From NCBI GenBank assembly GCA_018970245.1, contig JAGWWT010000002.1:24067-88066 (forward strand): a DNA stretch of 64,000 nucleotides, in the 5' to 3' direction. This DNA comes from Patescibacteria group bacterium. GTDB taxonomy: Bacteria > Patescibacteriota > Minisyncoccia > Phycocordibacterales > PALSA-1337. The notes beneath the pieces are model-generated. The model saw only the letters and a program-made list of their open reading frames with translations, was not told the origin of the DNA and searched no databases. Position 1 is the first letter of the stretch, and the number at the start of each line of letters is the position of its first letter. Both the position numbers and the translations under genes were made by a program. Of this stretch, positions 9,764-19,211 are shown piece after piece.

Positions 9764-11400
9764 GAGCTCTTCACCAGATGGGCGAACGCATAATCGAGCG
9801 TCCCGCCGACTTTCTTCCCCGGATTGAAGATGCCCTTCGGATCCCAGATCTTCTTGACCTCTTCGAACAAGCGGTAGACCTCTTCACCGTACTGCATCTT
9901 TATGAAAGGCGTCCTGATGATGCCGTCATTGTGCTCGCCTGTTATGGAGCCGTGGAACTCGTGGACGAGCTCGTAGACTTTCACCGACAGATCCTTGATG
10001 ATCTGGTGCGCGCGCTCGTGGTCGTTCAGATTCATGAGCGGTATGATATGGAAATTGCCGTCCCCGACGTGGCCGGCGATCGTGTATGTGAGCTCTTTTT
10101 TGTAAGGATCTAAGACCTCATAGAGCCTCGGCAAGAATCGGGGCAGGCTCATCGGCGGCACGACGAAGTCGTCTATGAACGGCGCTGTGCGCACGCCATG
10201 GACATGCTTCCGGAGCATATTGAAGCTCTCGCGGCGGATGACCCAGTACTTGTGCTCGTCTGATTCCGTCTTGGTGACTCGCGTCTTTTCGTGGAAAGCC
10301 TTTAGAGACATCTGCGCATCCATGGCTGCCTTCAATGCTTCCTCGTCAGTGTCGGCAGTGAACTCCGCCATGAGGACCAGCTTCGGCAGCCTGGCCGATT
10401 CGAGGACAGCCAGCATCTCCGGCACGAATTCCAATCCTAAAGTGATGACATTGCCGCCCATCTGCTTCATGAGCTGCGGCAGGAATTTGATCGCCACCTT
10501 CAAGGTCTGATCGTCATACGACTCGAAGCTCTCCGGCTTGTACTCGAGGATGTGCGTCGCCGTCTCTCCGAGCTGGTCCAGGCTGTTCAGGAAGACGACG
10601 AGAAGATGCGAATGCGTCTTCGGTTTCACGAGCCCGAACTCGATCTCCGTCACCATGCCGAGCGTCCCTTGAGAGCCCACGATCATTCTGCACAAATCGA
10701 ACAACCCGTCGTGCTCGACGTTCCACAGATAATAGCCGCAGGAATTCTTGGAGACGATCGGCTTGGCTTTGGCGAGGAGGTCGCGATTGCTGTCGATCAG
10801 CGCGCGCATCTTCCCATAGACCTCCGCCTCGAATCCCGCTCCTTCCTCCTTCCTCCTTGCTTCCTGCTCCCCCAACGGCTTGAACTCATGCTCCTCACCA
10901 TCCGCGCATACCATCTTCAGCCGCCGAATGTATCTTTCCGTCTTGCCATAGGTCAAGGTCTTCTCTCCGCCGGAATTGTTGGCGACCATGCCGCCGACCG
11001 TGCAGAGCTCGCGCGAAGCTGGATATGACGGCAAGATCTGCCCGCCCTTCTCGAGCGTGGCCTTGTCGAAGTCGCGATAGTAGACGCCCGGTTCCGTGAC
11101 CGCGAAGCCGTCGCTGACTTCCTTGATATGGTTGAAATATTTCGTGAACGAGACGACGACTGACTCAGTGAGCGGGCCGCCGCCCATATCGGTGCCAGCC
11201 GAACGCGCCGTGAGCGATACGCCCGGATGGGCGTCTGCGTACTTCACCAGCGCCTTCACGTCGTCGGCATCTTTCGGCGAGACTACCGCCTGGGGCCGGA
11301 CCTCGAACAGGCTGGCGTCATGGCTGGCCGCAGCCAATGCCTCGTCGCTCGCATCGACGTCGCCTTTGACCAGCTTCGAGAGATCGTCTTGAATGGACAT
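9760..11400 (-). CDS. FAD-linked oxidase (GlcD / D-lactate dehydrogenase-like)
   Basis: 546 aa; FAD_binding_4 N-terminal region (ARSAGTDMGGGPL) and FAD-oxidase C-terminal domain; 4-nt overlap with the ATPase gene. Confidence 0.8.
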   Translation of the reverse strand: MSIQDDLSKLVKGDVDASDEALAAASHDASLFEVRPQAVVSPKDADDVKALVKYADAHPGVSLTARSAGTDMGGGPLTESVVVSFTKYFNHIKEVSDGFAVTEPGVYYRDFDKATLEKGGQILPSYPASRELCTVGGMVANNSGGEKTLTYGKTERYIRRLKMVCADGEEHEFKPLGEQEARRKEEGAGFEAEVYGKMRALIDSNRDLLAKAKPIVSKNSCGYYLWNVEHDGLFDLCRMIVGSQGTLGMVTEIEFGLVKPKTHSHLLVVFLNSLDQLGETATHILEYKPESFESYDDQTLKVAIKFLPQLMKQMGGNVITLGLEFVPEMLAVLESARLPKLVLMAEFTADTDEEALKAAMDAQMSLKAFHEKTRVTKTESDEHKYWVIRRESFNMLRKHVHGVRTAPFIDDFVVPPMSLPRFLPRLYEVLDPYKKELTYTIAGHVGDGNFHIIPLMNLNDHERAHQIIKDLSVKVYELVHEFHGSITGEHNDGIIRTPFIKMQYGEEVYRLFEEVKKIWDPKGIFNPGKKVGGTLDYAFAHLVKSS

Positions 11401-11524
11401 GCGCTAATTATACCGTGAATGGGCCTTGAGATAACAGGATTTTAGCTCTTGATTTCTGTCCCGATTTGTGATATAATACAGTCAGGCATAAACGGAACGA
11501 TCTTGTCAAAGAAAGGAAAGAAAA

Positions 11525-12130
11525 TTGAAAACTATAGAGATCTACCTCGGCATCCTGTTGCCGCTCGTTTCCATCCCGCTGGCTCTATTCGAGATCTGGT
11601 TGGAGGAAAATAGGAAGACAGGACCTTGGGGTAAGACCTACTTCAAGGACGCCTGGTGGGGCAAGAAATTCTGCGGAAACAATCCGATCAGCAGATTCCT
11701 TATCAGGACAGTGTCCGGGCATGATTACATCGAGAGGTACCATATAGTGATGTTCTTCATCGTGATCCCGGCCTGGTTCGCCGCCATCTACTTCGCTTTC
11801 TGGTTCTGCTCAAATCAGACTGGCTGGAGCCTGACGATCTTCCCGATTTTCGGGACAAAGACCTTCGCGCCGCTCTTCTTCCTGGCCATCGGGGTCGGGA
11901 ATATGGTAGCCGAGGATTTCCTATACTTCGCCATCCAATCTGTGACCGGCCGGCTGTTCGGCTGGGGCAAAGCGGATGCGCTGTGGAGATTCTTGCATGG
12001 CGACCATGCTTGGACGACCGATTGGCTGCCGAAAGTCTGCGGCTATACGATTCCCCGATCATACCTGATCGGCTCGGCGGTAGTCGCCATCATGCTCTTC
12101 ATCGAGCACGGCCTCGCAAATCGGTTCTGA
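11525..12130 (+). CDS. hypothetical integral membrane protein
   Basis: 201 aa, 5-6 TM, Trp-rich loops; no family recognised. Confidence 0.45.
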   Translation: MKTIEIYLGILLPLVSIPLALFEIWLEENRKTGPWGKTYFKDAWWGKKFCGNNPISRFLIRTVSGHDYIERYHIVMFFIVIPAWFAAIYFAFWFCSNQTGWSLTIFPIFGTKTFAPLFFLAIGVGNMVAEDFLYFAIQSVTGRLFGWGKADALWRFLHGDHAWTTDWLPKVCGYTIPRSYLIGSAVVAIMLFIEHGLANRF

Positions 12131-12363
12131 CATCTAGGCATCGTCAACAAAAAACCCATAAAAGCCCGTTTCAGAGAAGCGCGTCAATCGCCTCTCCGAG
12201 ACGGGCTTCTTCTTTGTCTGCTTTCCATTTGGAAAGCAGCTGCAACCAGAACGTCCGACCCCGCCTCCATTCCGCGGCCAAGAATCGCCCCGCCTTCATC
12301 GGCCCGCTCCACCTTTACTGCACCCACCTCTCCTGCCAGACCGATTCGTAGTAATATATACCC

Positions 12364-13155
12364 ATGGATCACCACATAAGGACAATCGTCATTGCGGCCG
12401 CGATCGGCGCGATCGCCTTCATCGCAGGCCTGGCCACCGCTCCTCGCCAAGCCGCCGCGCCTGGGACCGAAGCCCTGCCTTCCGGAGCTGGCCTGCCTGC
12501 CGGCGCTTTCGTCATACCGATGGACATCGTGAGCATCCATGAGCAGGCCTCCACCTCGCCGACTGTCATGATCGAGTATCCGCGATTCCCGACTCTCTCA
12601 GCCGACCTGAACAGCCAGATAGCCTCGACGACCCTGAACGGCCTCGCCGACTTCAGGCGAATGGTCGCCGAGAACGATGCGGCGCGCAGAGCCACCGGCA
12701 GAGGATATCCCCCGGCCCCCCTCTCATCCATGAGCGACTATTCATTCTTGGCTTCGTGGCAGCCAGTGCAAGCGAACAGCAGATACGTGAGCTTCATCGA
12801 GCGATACGACTCGTTCAGCGGCGGAGCCAATGAGAATCAGACCCTCCAGACTTTCAATTACGATGTCCAGGCCAAAAAGGTCATCGGCCTCGACGATCTT
12901 CTAAAAAGCTACCTTGATTATTTGTCCAAGATATCGTCGATAGCCCGAGAGCGCCTGGACGCTTCACTTTCCGTAGCATCCGATGGTCATGTCCCGACAC
13001 AAATGATCGCCGCCGGCACCGCTCCCGATCCTGCCAACTTCCAGTACTTCACCTTCACCGATTCGGCCATAACCTTCTATTTCCCGAAATACGCCGTAGC
13101 CCCGGGCGTCTTCGGTGAACAGCATGTCACTATCCCATTCAGCGACATCAAATGA
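12364..13155 (+). CDS. DUF3298/DUF4163-domain protein (RsiV/PdaC-like extracytoplasmic domain)
   Basis: N-terminal TM anchor; C-terminal QYFTFTDSAITFYFPKYAVAPGVFGEQHVTIPFSDI matches the DUF3298 signature. Confidence 0.55.
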   Translation: MDHHIRTIVIAAAIGAIAFIAGLATAPRQAAAPGTEALPSGAGLPAGAFVIPMDIVSIHEQASTSPTVMIEYPRFPTLSADLNSQIASTTLNGLADFRRMVAENDAARRATGRGYPPAPLSSMSDYSFLASWQPVQANSRYVSFIERYDSFSGGANENQTLQTFNYDVQAKKVIGLDDLLKSYLDYLSKISSIARERLDASLSVASDGHVPTQMIAAGTAPDPANFQYFTFTDSAITFYFPKYAVAPGVFGEQHVTIPFSDIK

Positions 13156-13669
13156 CCGCGGATCAGCAGATGATGCGGGCCGCCTGAACCACCGCCTCTT
13201 TTTGATATCGGTCATCACGAAGGGATTCGATTCCCTGCTCGAGATCGTCGGCGGGATCGCCTTCTTCTTCGCCGGCCCGCTTTCTAAGGTCATAAGCTAT
13301 CTGGTCGATTCCGAGCTCGTCGAGGATCCGAATGACCTCGTCGCCCACACAGTCAGGCACTACTTGCCTCTCGTGCTCAACCAATCTACCTTCGCGGCGT
13401 TCTACCTCCTGGCGCACGGCATCGTCAAAGTCGGCCTGGTGATCGCCCTCCTATACAGGAAGCTATGGGCATATCCGACTTCGTTGATCGTCCTCGGTCT
13501 GTTCATCGTCTACCAGGTCTACCGATGGACGCAGTCGCACTCTATATATATGATCGCTCTGTCGTTCTTCGATGCGGTCGTGATGATCCTCATATTCAAA
13601 GAATGGCGCCGCCTGAAGTCGGAGGCCAGAAGAACGGAGATCGGAAATGCGGGCGCTATTTCTGGATGA
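13124..13669 (+). CDS. DUF2127-family membrane protein
   Basis: LVEDPNDLV...YLLAHGIVKVGLVIALLYRKLWAYP pattern; start uncertain (GTG 13115 or ATG 13124); overlaps the end of the previous gene. Confidence 0.5.
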   Translation: MSLSHSATSNDRGSADDAGRLNHRLFLISVITKGFDSLLEIVGGIAFFFAGPLSKVISYLVDSELVEDPNDLVAHTVRHYLPLVLNQSTFAAFYLLAHGIVKVGLVIALLYRKLWAYPTSLIVLGLFIVYQVYRWTQSHSIYMIALSFFDAVVMILIFKEWRRLKSEARRTEIGNAGAISG

Positions 13670-13994
13670 ACGGCTCCAGCTCGGACAATAGCGCCTCCTT
13701 CGGCCTCAAGCCTATGAATTCGTGGACGACCTGGCCGCCCTTGAATAGCTTCATATTGGGGATGCTCCGGATCTCGTATTGCATGGCGAGCGCTCCGTTA
13801 GCACGGTCTTCGACGTCGACTTTGGCGATCTTGGCCTTGCCGGCAAGCTCTCCTGATATCTCATCGAGGATAGGAGCCATCATCTGGCACGGACGGCACC
13901 ACGGAGCCCAGAAGTCCACGAGGACGGGCAGATCGGACTTCAAGACTTCTTTCTCGAACTCTGGCGCGGATATCTCCTTGGCTTTTGATGGCAT
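13656..13994 (-). CDS. trxA: thioredoxin
   Basis: 112 aa, thioredoxin fold with active site WAPWCRPCQ (CRPC instead of CGPC). Confidence 0.85.
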   Translation of the reverse strand: MPSKAKEISAPEFEKEVLKSDLPVLVDFWAPWCRPCQMMAPILDEISGELAGKAKIAKVDVEDRANGALAMQYEIRSIPNMKLFKGGQVVHEFIGLRPKEALLSELEPFIQK

Positions 13995-14086
13995 TTGGGT
14001 TGGCGTTAGATGTTAATGCCCTGCCATCATACAGACATCGCTTTACTTTGTAAAGTATTGACTGCAGCCGCCCGACGTGAGACGAT

Positions 14087-14422
14087 GTGGCCATGTTCAG
14101 GACCAGGAGCCAGCGCCGCAAGAATTGCTGGGAATGCCCGGTAGCCCGCACCGCCGACTTGGTGGGCGACACTTGGTCTATCCTCATAGTCCGCGACCTG
14201 CTTCGCGGCCCCAAGCGCTTCACGGACCTCCAAGATTCCCTTTCCGGCGTCTCTTCTAGGACGTTGGCCAAGAAGCTCCAGTTCCTGGAGAGCCAGTCTC
14301 TTCTCGCACGGCGCGCGTTCGCCGAAAAGCCTCCTCGCGTCGAGTACCGCCTGACCGCCAAAGGCCGGGAATTCAGCGGCATCATCTCGGCCATGCGCCG
14401 CTACGGCGAGAGATACCTCTAG
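14087..14422 (+). CDS. HxlR-family (DUF24) transcriptional regulator
   Basis: CPVARTADLVGDTWSILIVRDLLRGPKRFTDL...VEYRLTAKG matches the HxlR HTH; divergent from thioredoxin. Confidence 0.8.
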   Translation: MAMFRTRSQRRKNCWECPVARTADLVGDTWSILIVRDLLRGPKRFTDLQDSLSGVSSRTLAKKLQFLESQSLLARRAFAEKPPRVEYRLTAKGREFSGIISAMRRYGERYL

Positions 14423-14489
14423 CTTGCGCTTTTCCGGTCTGCGAATATACTTCGTGCAGACAAAAACAGCAGAAAGCAAAAGGAAAATT

Positions 14490-15473
14490 ATGATCTTACG
14501 CGGCATAGATTTCGGCCCCGTCTGGGGCGCTTCAGGCGTGCAAGGCTTCTTTGGCGAGGGCTACCCGATACATCGGGCTTTGCGGCTGATGTTCCCCGGC
14601 CTGTTCACGTTCAAAGGCATGACATTCGTGGCCAAGACTATCACGCTCCTCAAGAACGAGGGCAATATGCCTTTGAAAGCTGACGGCATCACGCCCGTGG
14701 AGCTGGCACCGCGCTGCATATACGCGGACTTCCGCAACTGCCTGATGCTGAACGCGGTAAGCCTCTCTAATTTCGGCGCGCGCTTCAGCTTCGACCAAGG
14801 CCTGTGGCAAGAAAGGACCGAGCCGTTCTTCCTGTCATTCATGGTCCTAGGCAGCGACAGGAGCGACGGCATGCGGCAGCGCCGGGATTTCGTCAGGCTC
14901 TTCAACCAGTATAAGAGCGGGTTCAGAGCGCCTGTGGCCCTGCAAGAGAACTGGTCTTGTCCGAACGTCGGCCACGACCTGAGGCACTTCCTGGACCAAT
15001 TCGAAGAAGGCGCTGAGATCATGTCAGAGCTCGGCATTCCATACGTGCCGAAGTTCAACGCTCTCATCGATCCACGCTGGGTCCGGGACATGGCTTCGCG
15101 GGCCAGGTGCGATGCGATCTGCGTATCGAACACCATCCCGTTCGGCGAGATACCGGACAGGATCGCCTGGAAGAGGTTCTTCCCGAACGGATCGCCTCTC
15201 CTCAAAAGAGGCTTCAAGCAGCCCGGCGGGCTCTCGGGAGGGCCGCTCTTCGACATCCTCCGAAGCTGGGTGCATGAGTATGCGAATTCCTACCCCGATG
15301 CGCCCCTGAATGCCGGAGGCGGGCTGACGCGGCCTGGCGACATCGACCAGCTCATGCTCAACTACCCTTCGGTCAAGTCTGTCTCCCTCGGCTCGGTCGC
15401 GACGCTCAGGCCGTGGCGGATGCGCTCTATGATCGGGGCGGCGCACCGCATGCGCTTGATCCGCAACTTCTGA
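14490..15473 (+). CDS. pyrD: dihydroorotate dehydrogenase-like flavoprotein (class 1-like)
   Basis: NWSCPNV (NxSCPN active-site motif with Cys base) and GGLSGGPL motifs; start at internal ATG preceded by AAAGGAAAA. Confidence 0.55.
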   Translation: MILRGIDFGPVWGASGVQGFFGEGYPIHRALRLMFPGLFTFKGMTFVAKTITLLKNEGNMPLKADGITPVELAPRCIYADFRNCLMLNAVSLSNFGARFSFDQGLWQERTEPFFLSFMVLGSDRSDGMRQRRDFVRLFNQYKSGFRAPVALQENWSCPNVGHDLRHFLDQFEEGAEIMSELGIPYVPKFNALIDPRWVRDMASRARCDAICVSNTIPFGEIPDRIAWKRFFPNGSPLLKRGFKQPGGLSGGPLFDILRSWVHEYANSYPDAPLNAGGGLTRPGDIDQLMLNYPSVKSVSLGSVATLRPWRMRSMIGAAHRMRLIRNF

Positions 15474-15487
15474 ACGATCGTGCGTCG

Positions 15488-15513
15488 GCAACCCGCTAAC
15501 GGGTTGCTTTTTT
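15488..15513 (+). terminator. rho-independent terminator
   Basis: perfect 8-bp stem GCAACCCG/CGGGTTGC, loop CTAA, then TTTTTTGTCGCCG. Confidence 0.75.
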
Positions 15514-15566
15514 GTCGCCGCTCGGCTAGTCTCACCGGCAGAAAGCAGTCAACAAAAAGGAAAAAA

Positions 15567-16679
15567 ATGCTAGACAAGATAGCCATTCCGTACCTCTACA
15601 ATATGCACGGCCATTTGCGCCAGGGACGTACCCTTGCCCTCACCGTAAAGATAGCCTCCATGTGGTGTTGGTTCTATGCGGCCATGGGAAATACGCGGCC
15701 GCCGATACGCACGCTCGACGATGCCATCAAGTACGATGAGGAGATCACCAGCCATGTACCATCTGAATTTCGCAAGAGATTCAAGGCTCTCGTCGTCGTC
15801 AAGGTCAGCGTGTACAGCGACCCGGAAGCGATCCAGGCTCTGCTCGACCGCGGATACATGCTCTTCAAATTCTATCCCTTCGCCCGCACCACCAACGCGG
15901 ACGATGGCATTACGAATTACATGATCCCGAATCTCCGCGCAATCTATGAATTGATCGCCAGTGCTGGCGGCTACGCCATGTTCCACGCCGAGCACCCGAA
16001 TAAGCGCTGGGACGACATGGAGTGCGAATATGCCTTCTTCGGCATCTTCGAGCAGATATACAATCTGGTGCCTGGCCTCAATATGACTTGGGAACATCTC
16101 TCCGACTCGCGCGTCCTGCCATTCCTGTTGGACATGGATGATCGAGTCGCCTGCACGATATGCCCCCATCATTTGGTCCTTCGCTTGAACGACGTGCTCG
16201 GCCAGAACCACAATCTTTGCCGCCCGCCGGCCAAGACGCTCCTCGACCGTGAGACTCTGCGCGACGCCGTCACTTCAGGTAAGAGCCACAAGATCCTGCT
16301 CGGGCTGGACGATGCGCCCTGGAAGCGATCCGACAAGGAAGGCGCTCACGGCCACTGCGGATGCTGGACTATGCCGGCCGCACCCCAAAGGATCGTTCAG
16401 ATCTTTGACGAAGACCGCAGGCTGGAAAGTGCCCAGGATATGGCCGCCCTGAACGATTATGTCGCCTGGAATGCGGCGGCGTATTACAAGCTTCATCGGA
16501 CCGATCAGTCGATCGAACTGGTCCGTAAGCCATTCACGATCCCATTCGCTTATCGTCTCTCGAAAGACGACGAGGTGGTAGAGGTCACGGTCGCATCAGA
16601 TCAGCGCCCTGATGACTACGTTCCCTTCATGGCCGGAGCGACGCTCAATTGGTCCGCCGGGGCGTCTGACCAAGATTGA
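15567..16679 (+). CDS. pyrC: dihydroorotase, type II
   Basis: Alignable by eye to E. coli PyrC: HGHLRQG (HxH), KFYPFARTTNADDGIT (carboxylated Lys region), CTICPHHL, LGLDDAPW...HGHCGCW, VPFMAGATLNWS; start at internal ATG. Confidence 0.8.
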   Translation: MLDKIAIPYLYNMHGHLRQGRTLALTVKIASMWCWFYAAMGNTRPPIRTLDDAIKYDEEITSHVPSEFRKRFKALVVVKVSVYSDPEAIQALLDRGYMLFKFYPFARTTNADDGITNYMIPNLRAIYELIASAGGYAMFHAEHPNKRWDDMECEYAFFGIFEQIYNLVPGLNMTWEHLSDSRVLPFLLDMDDRVACTICPHHLVLRLNDVLGQNHNLCRPPAKTLLDRETLRDAVTSGKSHKILLGLDDAPWKRSDKEGAHGHCGCWTMPAAPQRIVQIFDEDRRLESAQDMAALNDYVAWNAAAYYKLHRTDQSIELVRKPFTIPFAYRLSKDDEVVEVTVASDQRPDDYVPFMAGATLNWSAGASDQD

Positions 16680-16701
16680 ATCGTCACCGCCTACAGATCA
16701 C

Positions 16702-16730
16702 GCCGACGGACCCGTTCCGCCGGCTTTTTT
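16702..16730 (+). terminator. rho-independent terminator (copy A of a 30-nt exact repeat)
   Basis: GCCGACGG-ACCCGTT-CCGCCGGC hairpin plus TTTTTTGTCGCCG. Confidence 0.7.
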
Positions 16731-16803
16731 GTCGCCGAGATTTTGACATCGAGGCTCGAGCAGGATAATCTGCTCCAAAAGGCTCTTTGATCATAAACGA
16801 TAT

Positions 16804-17220
16804 ATGAGTGATATGAGCGGACCGTTCGTGCTTTTCATCGTGCTCACCGTCATCCTGACCAGCATCCTCTATCGACGCGGGCCCATGAAGCCGCGCGTCT
16901 CCGTCGGGCTATCCGCATACGAGTATGTAAAAGCCCTCCGGTCTCACGAGTGGAGGTCCGAGAGGCAGGTCAAGGACGAGATGCAGCTCTTATTCAAGCG
17001 CCGGATCAGGCGCGACGAGATGATCCATGCGCTCAGCATCCTTGAATCGGCCGGATTGGTCCAAGAGCGGATCGGCCCCGGCACGCGCCTCTTCCTGGTC
17101 ATACTCAATCGGCACATAGTCCTTCCTTGCCGACAATTCAAGCTCTCAGGCGAATGGAATGACCGGCAACAAGAGGTCCCGCAAGCCTCGCAGCCGATCT
17201 TTCCTGCCAGATCGGGCTGA
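16804..17220 (+). CDS. hypothetical small protein (N-terminal TM, basic)
   Basis: 138-aa ORF flanked on both sides by identical terminators; no family recognised. Confidence 0.35.
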   Translation: MSDMSGPFVLFIVLTVILTSILYRRGPMKPRVSVGLSAYEYVKALRSHEWRSERQVKDEMQLLFKRRIRRDEMIHALSILESAGLVQERIGPGTRLFLVILNRHIVLPCRQFKLSGEWNDRQQEVPQASQPIFPARSG

Positions 17221-17238
17221 GATATCAACGCGACCCTC

Positions 17239-17267
17239 GCCGACGGACCCGTTCCGCCGGCTTTTTT
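17239..17267 (+). terminator. rho-independent terminator (copy B of the 30-nt exact repeat)
   Basis: identical 30 nt CGCCGACGGACCCGTTCCGCCGGCTTTTTT as at 16701-16730. Confidence 0.7.
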
Positions 17268-17534
17268 ATGAACAGATAGCCATATCACTCGACTAGAAGG
17301 TCGGCCGACAACTAGCTTCGGCTGGGGGTACGGCTACTCTCTTTACTGGATTTTTTGCAATTGAGAAAATTCCTCTATTTTTCAACGAAGTTAAGCCGCC
17401 ATTTTCCGATATTTTCTCATTTGCAAAAAATCAGATTTCGAATATGCCAACGCCCGCCGGCTTCTCGCCAACCACATCTAGCCGCCAGCTTCTCGCCGCC
17501 CGTTTCTCAGTCGCCCGACCTTCCAATTCCATCT

Positions 17535-18326
17535 TCACTGATCGAGCTTCAATAATAATCCCCTCTCCTTGACCTTTCTGAACATCGAGTAGAAGAACCA
17601 GAAGACGAGCGCCATATAGGCGGCATTCAAGGCGAACGAGATGAGCAGCGCCATTCCCGACACGGCGCCCGACGAGACTATGGCTCGCATGCCTTCGAAT
17701 ACATATGTCGACGGAAGCATATAAGACAGCCACTGGATCCACTGAGGCAGGGCTGAAACCGGATAGAAGACGGCCGAGAACGGCTGAATGAGGAAGATCA
17801 CCCCGAAAGCGAGGACTTGAGCTGTCGTGCCGAAGCGCAGGATGATCGCCACGACGAAAAGCCCCATTATCCAGCCGAACCAAAGGAGCGAGATCACGAA
17901 TGGGATCGTGTATAGCCCGTACTGGAATATATTGAATCCGTATAGTATGAGCGCCACGACTCCCAGGATGACCCCTTGCATGACGATGCGGATCAAGCCG
18001 AGCGCCGCGCCCGAGAGCAGGAATTCGATCACCCGCACCGGCGTGACGAACAGGTTGAGAAGGTTCTTCTCCCAGACGTCCTCGAGGAAGCCGATGGTCA
18101 CGGCGCTCTGCGAGCGATTCAGCAATTCCCAAAAGATCATCGCGCCGAGGAGGAGCGCCAGAATGTTCACCGTATTCAGATTGAGCCTCTCAAGATATAC
18201 CGACAGGAATCCCCAGACCAAGAGCTCTAGGATCGGCCACAGGAAGACGTCCATGAGGCGCGGAAAGCTCCTCGGATAGAGGTAGAGCTGGCGGATGATG
18301 AGAGCTTTGATGCGATGCCACTTCAT
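17535..18326 (-). CDS. ABC-2 type exporter permease
   Basis: 263 aa, 6 TM, ABC-2 family layout; downstream of its ATPase. Confidence 0.7.
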   Translation of the reverse strand: MKWHRIKALIIRQLYLYPRSFPRLMDVFLWPILELLVWGFLSVYLERLNLNTVNILALLLGAMIFWELLNRSQSAVTIGFLEDVWEKNLLNLFVTPVRVIEFLLSGAALGLIRIVMQGVILGVVALILYGFNIFQYGLYTIPFVISLLWFGWIMGLFVVAIILRFGTTAQVLAFGVIFLIQPFSAVFYPVSALPQWIQWLSYMLPSTYVFEGMRAIVSSGAVSGMALLISFALNAAYMALVFWFFYSMFRKVKERGLLLKLDQ

Positions 18327-18369
18327 TGCGATGCGATTATACTAAATACTAGATACCAAATACTAAATA

Positions 18370-19128
18370 CTAAATACTCTCTCTAGCGATCGCCAAGAAC
18401 ACTTCATTCAGATCCTTGCGCCCATGCTTCGCGACTAGCTCCTTCGGCGTGCCGTCGTCGCGGATCTTGCCTTTGTTGATGAATATCACGCGATCGCAGA
18501 TCTCCTCTATCTCCTCCATATTGTGAGACGTGTAGAGCATGGTTATGCCGCGCTCTTCCTTTATCTTGACCAGGAGCTTCCTGGTGCGGTCGGCGATATC
18601 CGGATCGAGCGAGGCAGTCGGCTCGTCCAATAAGAGGAGCTTCGGATCATTCAAGAGCGCCTTCGTCAGGTTCAAGCGCGTGAGCTGGCCGGTCGAGAGC
18701 GAGCTGGTCATTCTCGGCAACAGATCGCGGATCGCGAAGAAGTCCGCCAGCTCATCGACCTTCGCCCTGACATCGCGGACGCCATAGAGGCGCCCGAACG
18801 TGTAGAGATTCTCCCAGACTTTGAGATTGGACGGCAGCGATACGTATGGCGAAGAGAAATTGACCTTGTGCAGGATCTCTTCCCGGTGACGCTTCATGTC
18901 CAATCCGAAGACTTCGATCTTCCCTGAAGTCGGCGTGATCAGATCCAATATCATCTGGATGGTCGTAGTCTTGCCGGCGCCATTCGGGCCGAGGAGGCCG
19001 GTTATGGTCCCCTCCGCGATATCGAACGATATGCCATCGACAGCGGTCACTTCCTTGGAGTTCCGCCCGAACTTCTTGACCAGGTTTTGTACGGATATGA
19101 TCGATGCCATGAATGGTATGACGGCCAA
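18370..19128 (-). CDS. ABC transporter ATP-binding protein
   Basis: Walker A GPNGAGKTT, signature LSTGQLTRL, Walker B LLLLDEPT. Confidence 0.9.
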   Translation of the reverse strand: MAVIPFMASIISVQNLVKKFGRNSKEVTAVDGISFDIAEGTITGLLGPNGAGKTTTIQMILDLITPTSGKIEVFGLDMKRHREEILHKVNFSSPYVSLPSNLKVWENLYTFGRLYGVRDVRAKVDELADFFAIRDLLPRMTSSLSTGQLTRLNLTKALLNDPKLLLLDEPTASLDPDIADRTRKLLVKIKEERGITMLYTSHNMEEIEEICDRVIFINKGKIRDDGTPKELVAKHGRKDLNEVFLAIARESI

Positions 19129-19211
19129 AATGCCGCCGCCTCACATCATACAAGAAAAATCCCGCCTCACGAAGAGACGGGATGCATTAGACAACGGACT
19201 TTGCCTGCTCG

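Noticed and set aside
12184-12731. Minus-strand ORFs (118 and 120 aa) overlapping the DUF3298 gene start region
   Set aside because: No RBS or start context and Arg/Gly-rich. The sense ORF gives a coherent membrane-anchor plus domain.
15480-15566. N-terminal 29-codon extension of the pyrC ORF
   Set aside because: The extension contains the upstream terminator hairpin. The internal ATG is preceded by an AAAAGGAAAAAA RBS.
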